A DNA stretch of 8,346 nucleotides from a virus (taxonomy: Duplodnaviria; Heunggongvirae; Uroviricota; Caudoviricetes), in the IMG/VR virus record IMGVR_UViG_2602041549_000008; one strand, written 5' to 3'. The notes below the pieces were generated by a model. That model was given only the letters and a program-made list of their open reading frames with translations. It made no database searches and was not told where the DNA came from. The translations under genes were made by a program, and so were the position numbers. Within the stretch, counting starts at the first letter, position 1, and each line of letters opens with the position of its first letter. Of this stretch, positions 6,013 to 8,346 are shown one piece after another.

Positions 6013-7110
6013 TTAGAACTGGTAAACCAGACCTACAGCAACGATGTCATCAGTGCTTACACCGAGTGCTTTAGTGAAGTCATTTTTGTCAAGCAGGTTG
6101 ATTTTGTAATCAACGAAAGTAGACATATTTTTGTTGAAGTAATAGGTTGCACCTACATCAACATATTTGACTAAGTCCTGATCGCCCCATACTCCAAGAT
6201 CCTTACCTTTAGATTGCAGGTAAGCAACGGACGGACGCAGACCGAAATCGAACTGATATTGTGCAACAGCTTCGAAGTTTTGAGCTTTATTAGCAACGAA
6301 GTGATCAGCAAATACAGTCATATTCTGGGTTTCAGAATAGGTAGTGGCCAGGTAAATGTTGTTAGCGTCATATTTCAGACCTGCGGCCCAAACTTCTGCA
6401 TTTTTACCGGAAGCAAATACTTCAGGAAGAACTTTCCCTGCATTAACTTGAGTGTCGGTACGATCAGATTTCGCATAAGTTGCACCGATACCGAACCCTT
6501 CGTATTCATAGGTAGCAGAGAAACCGAAGCCATCACCGTTACCTTCGGTGTAGTTATCGAAATCGCTACGATCGTTTTTGCCTTGGTACTGAGCAGCAAA
6601 GTTCAGACCATCAACCAGACCAAAGAAGTCGTTGTTACGATAGGTTGCAACACCAGTGGTGCGACCAGTCATGAACACATCTGTTTGGGTCCAGGTATCG
6701 CCACCGAATTCTGGCAGTACGTCAGTCCACGCACCGATGTCGTATGCTACACCGTAGTTACGGCCGTAATCGATTGAGCCGTAGTCACCGAATTTCAGGC
6801 CTGCAAATGCAAGACGGGTTTTGTCTTTGGAGGAACCTTGAGATTCAGCGCGGTTGCCTTTGAATTCATATTCCCACTGACCGAAACCAGTCAGTTGATC
6901 GTTGATTTGGGTTTCACCTTTGAAGCCAAGACGGGCATAAGTAGTATCACCATCATCTGCATCATTAGAGGAGAAGTAGTGCTTAGCATTAACTTTCCCG
7001 TACAGATCCAGCTTGTTACTGTCTTTATTATAAATTTCAGCTGCCTGAGCAGACATCGCCATCAGTACTGATGCAGCTACAGCAGAAATTGCCACTGTTA
7101 ATTTTTTCAT
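6013..7110 (-). CDS. nmpC: General diffusion outer-membrane porin of the OmpC/OmpF/PhoE/NmpC (Lc) family, 365 aa precursor, apparently intact
   Basis: The - strand ORF has an N-terminal signal peptide [23 protein letters not shown] then the mature start [17 protein letters not shown], typical of enterobacterial porins. It ends in ...VGLVYQF, the conserved C-terminal Phe of beta-barrel outer-membrane proteins. The ORF-track start at 7170 adds 20 residues; the internal ATG at 7110 gives the canonical signal peptide. Confidence 0.9.
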   Translation of the reverse strand: MKKLTVAISAVAASVLMAMSAQAAEIYNKDSNKLDLYGKVNAKHYFSSNDADDGDTTYARLGFKGETQINDQLTGFGQWEYEFKGNRAESQGSSKDKTRLAFAGLKFGDYGSIDYGRNYGVAYDIGAWTDVLPEFGGDTWTQTDVFMTGRTTGVATYRNNDFFGLVDGLNFAAQYQGKNDRSDFDNYTEGNGDGFGFSATYEYEGFGIGATYAKSDRTDTQVNAGKVLPEVFASGKNAEVWAAGLKYDANNIYLATTYSETQNMTVFADHFVANKAQNFEAVAQYQFDFGLRPSVAYLQSKGKDLGVWGDQDLVKYVDVGATYYFNKNMSTFVDYKINLLDKNDFTKALGVSTDDIVAVGLVYQF

Positions 7111-7536
7111 CGTGAGCCCTTTTTTTGAACTATTATTAAAAAATGATGTCACTGCGCGATAAATATTCATCTAATCAATGTGATTATTTCAAGATGTAAG
7201 TTTTAGTTTCTCATTTAATTTGTGAAGTAGATCTCTATTTTTATCTGAACTTTTTCTATCGAAACCTATTTATGGCTCTTATTTGAACAAAAATAAACCT
7301 ATTAGCCAATTTATATTAACGGCTGTTATTTATAAGTGCTCTGTAATTTGAAGGTTCAATTTAAATCGGCTAAAAATAACACTGGAAATTATTTGTTGGT
7401 TATTTGTTGAGATTTGCTTATGTATTTGTAGTGGTGTTTTCAATACTCGGTAGCATTCTCGCAAATATCATTTTGTGGTTTACGTACGTAAAAACTTGGT
7501 TATGCTGTTAAGAGTGGTTACTTCGTCACACAGCTT

Positions 7537-7570
7537 AAACCCGCCGTCGAGCGGGTTTTTCCATTTTTTG
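7537..7570 (+). terminator. Strong Rho-independent terminator on the + strand, about 130 nt upstream of the holin gene
   Basis: AAACCCGC-CGTCGA-GCGGGTTT hairpin (stem 7537-7544 / 7551-7558, GC-rich core) immediately followed by TTTTTCCATTTTTT. Confidence 0.6.
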
Positions 7571-7697
7571 AGTCTCGATATTAGCTGATAACCCAATACC
7601 TGAGTTATTCACTGACTCCGAGTCTGTTACGTTTCTGCTTTTTTGCGATACGTTGTATTCCCTCAATTTACACCCGCTTTGTCTGCGAGGTGGGGTT

Positions 7698-7913
7698 ATG
7701 AAATCCATGGATAAGTTAACAACGGGTGTCGCCTATGGCACCTCAGCAGGTAGTGCCGGTTACTGGTTTTTACAGCTGCTCGATAAAGTCACGCCCTCAC
7801 AGTGGGCAGCAATAGGTGTGCTGGGTAGCCTGGTATTTGGCCTGCTGACGTACCTGACAAACCTTTATTTCAAGATTAAAGAAGATAAGCGCAAGGCTGC
7901 GAGAGGTGAATAA
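7698..7913 (+). CDS. essD: Class II holin (phage 21 S-type pinholin), 71 aa, with dual-start motif (Met1/Met4)
   Basis: ATG 7698 preceded by GAGGTGGGG. The product [71 protein letters not shown] has two TM segments (Gly/Ala-rich TMD1, hydrophobic TMD2) and a charged C-tail. Met1 and Met4 (7698/7707) mirror the antiholin/holin dual start of phage 21 S. The stop overlaps the next start (TAATG). The ORF-track start at 7653 is an extension. Confidence 0.88.
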
Positions 7914-8310
7914 TGCCTCCATCATTACGAAAAGCCGTTGCTGCTGCTATTGGTGGCGGAGCAATTGCTATAGCATCAGTGTTAATCACTGGCCCAAGTG
8001 GTAACGATGGTCTGGAAGGTGTCAGCTACATACCATACAAAGATATTGTTGGTGTATGGACTGTATGTCACGGGCATACAGGAAAAGACATCATGCTCGG
8101 TAAAACGTATACCAAAGCAGAATGCAAAGCCCTCCTGAATAAAGACCTTGCCACGGTCGCCAGACAAATTAACCCGTACATCAAAGTCGATATACCGGAA
8201 ACAATGCGCGGCGCTCTTTACTCATTCGTTTACAACGTGGGTGCTGGCAATTTCAGAACATCGACGCTTCTTCGCAAAATAAACCAGGGCGATATCAAAG
8301 GCGCATGTGA
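7913..8310 (+). pseudogene. rrrD: SAR (signal-anchor-release) endolysin, phage 21 R-type lysozyme, interrupted after about codon 132 by an IS2-like end
   Basis: ATG 7913. The N-terminal Gly/Ala-rich SAR segment is [20 protein letters not shown]. Catalytic-triad positions as I recall for R21 are present (E35, D44, T50 in [22 protein letters not shown]). From 8311 the frame runs into an insertion-sequence terminus (...GACD then [11 protein letters not shown]) instead of the expected lysozyme C-terminus. Confidence 0.75.
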
Positions 8311-8346
8311 TGGATTTGCCCCTATATTTCCAGACATCTGTTATCA
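8311..8346 (-). mobile_element. Terminal inverted repeat of an IS2-like (IS3-family) insertion sequence, partial; element body lies beyond the window end
   Basis: TGGATTTGCCCCTATATTTCCAGACATCTGTTATCA matches my recollection of the IS2 right-end inverted repeat read as its reverse complement. The junction falls inside the endolysin reading frame. Confidence 0.7.

Noticed and set aside
5965-7071. + strand ORFs (69, 187 and 77 aa) and a 74-aa - strand ORF (6375-6599) overlapping the porin gene
   Set aside because: The porin frame on the - strand is strongly supported (signal peptide, C-terminal Phe, family motifs). These are shadow or alternative-frame ORFs.
7111-7170. 20-codon N-terminal extension of the porin ORF ([20 protein letters not shown])
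   Set aside because: The internal ATG at 7110 gives a canonical signal peptide starting [13 protein letters not shown]. The extension would place a non-hydrophobic segment before it.
7653-7697. 15-codon N-terminal extension of the holin ORF ([15 protein letters not shown])
   Set aside because: A strong RBS GAGGTGGGG precedes the ATG at 7698, and the MKSMDK dual-start motif is characteristic of the pinholin. The extension lacks an RBS.
7982-8167. 61-aa - strand ORF inside rrrD
   Set aside because: Antisense to the endolysin frame, which has a SAR domain and catalytic residues.

Overview
This window reads as a contiguous segment of an E. coli-type defective lambdoid prophage. Gene order and protein sequences match what I recall for DLP12: emrE(3' end)-ybcK-ybcL-ybcM-ylcH-ybcN-ninE-ybcO-rusA-ylcG-quuD on the + strand, nmpC on the - strand, then essD-rrrD on the + strand. 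No database search was possible, so all names rest on my reading of the translated ORFs. Three blocks are visible. (1) An AT-rich cargo block (about 1-3800) carries the tail of an SMR efflux gene, a 508-aa large serine recombinase, a signal-peptide PEBP-family protein and an AraC-family regulator. (2) A GC-richer nin-type block (about 3850-5830) holds tightly overlapping small genes (NinB-like, NinE, a Zn-Cys protein, the RusA resolvase) ending in a Q-type antiterminator. (3) A late/lysis block holds an intact OmpC-family porin moron on the opposite strand, then a class-II pinholin with a dual start and a SAR endolysin that is cut at about codon 133 by the terminal inverted repeat of an IS2-like element running off the window. 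I see no CRISPR array, no tRNA or rRNA, and no clear-cut novel multi-gene defence system. The most plausible places for undescribed biology are the orphan large serine recombinase with nearby perfect inverted repeats in the AT-rich block, and the hairpin/terminator architecture flanking the porin moron between Q and the lysis genes.
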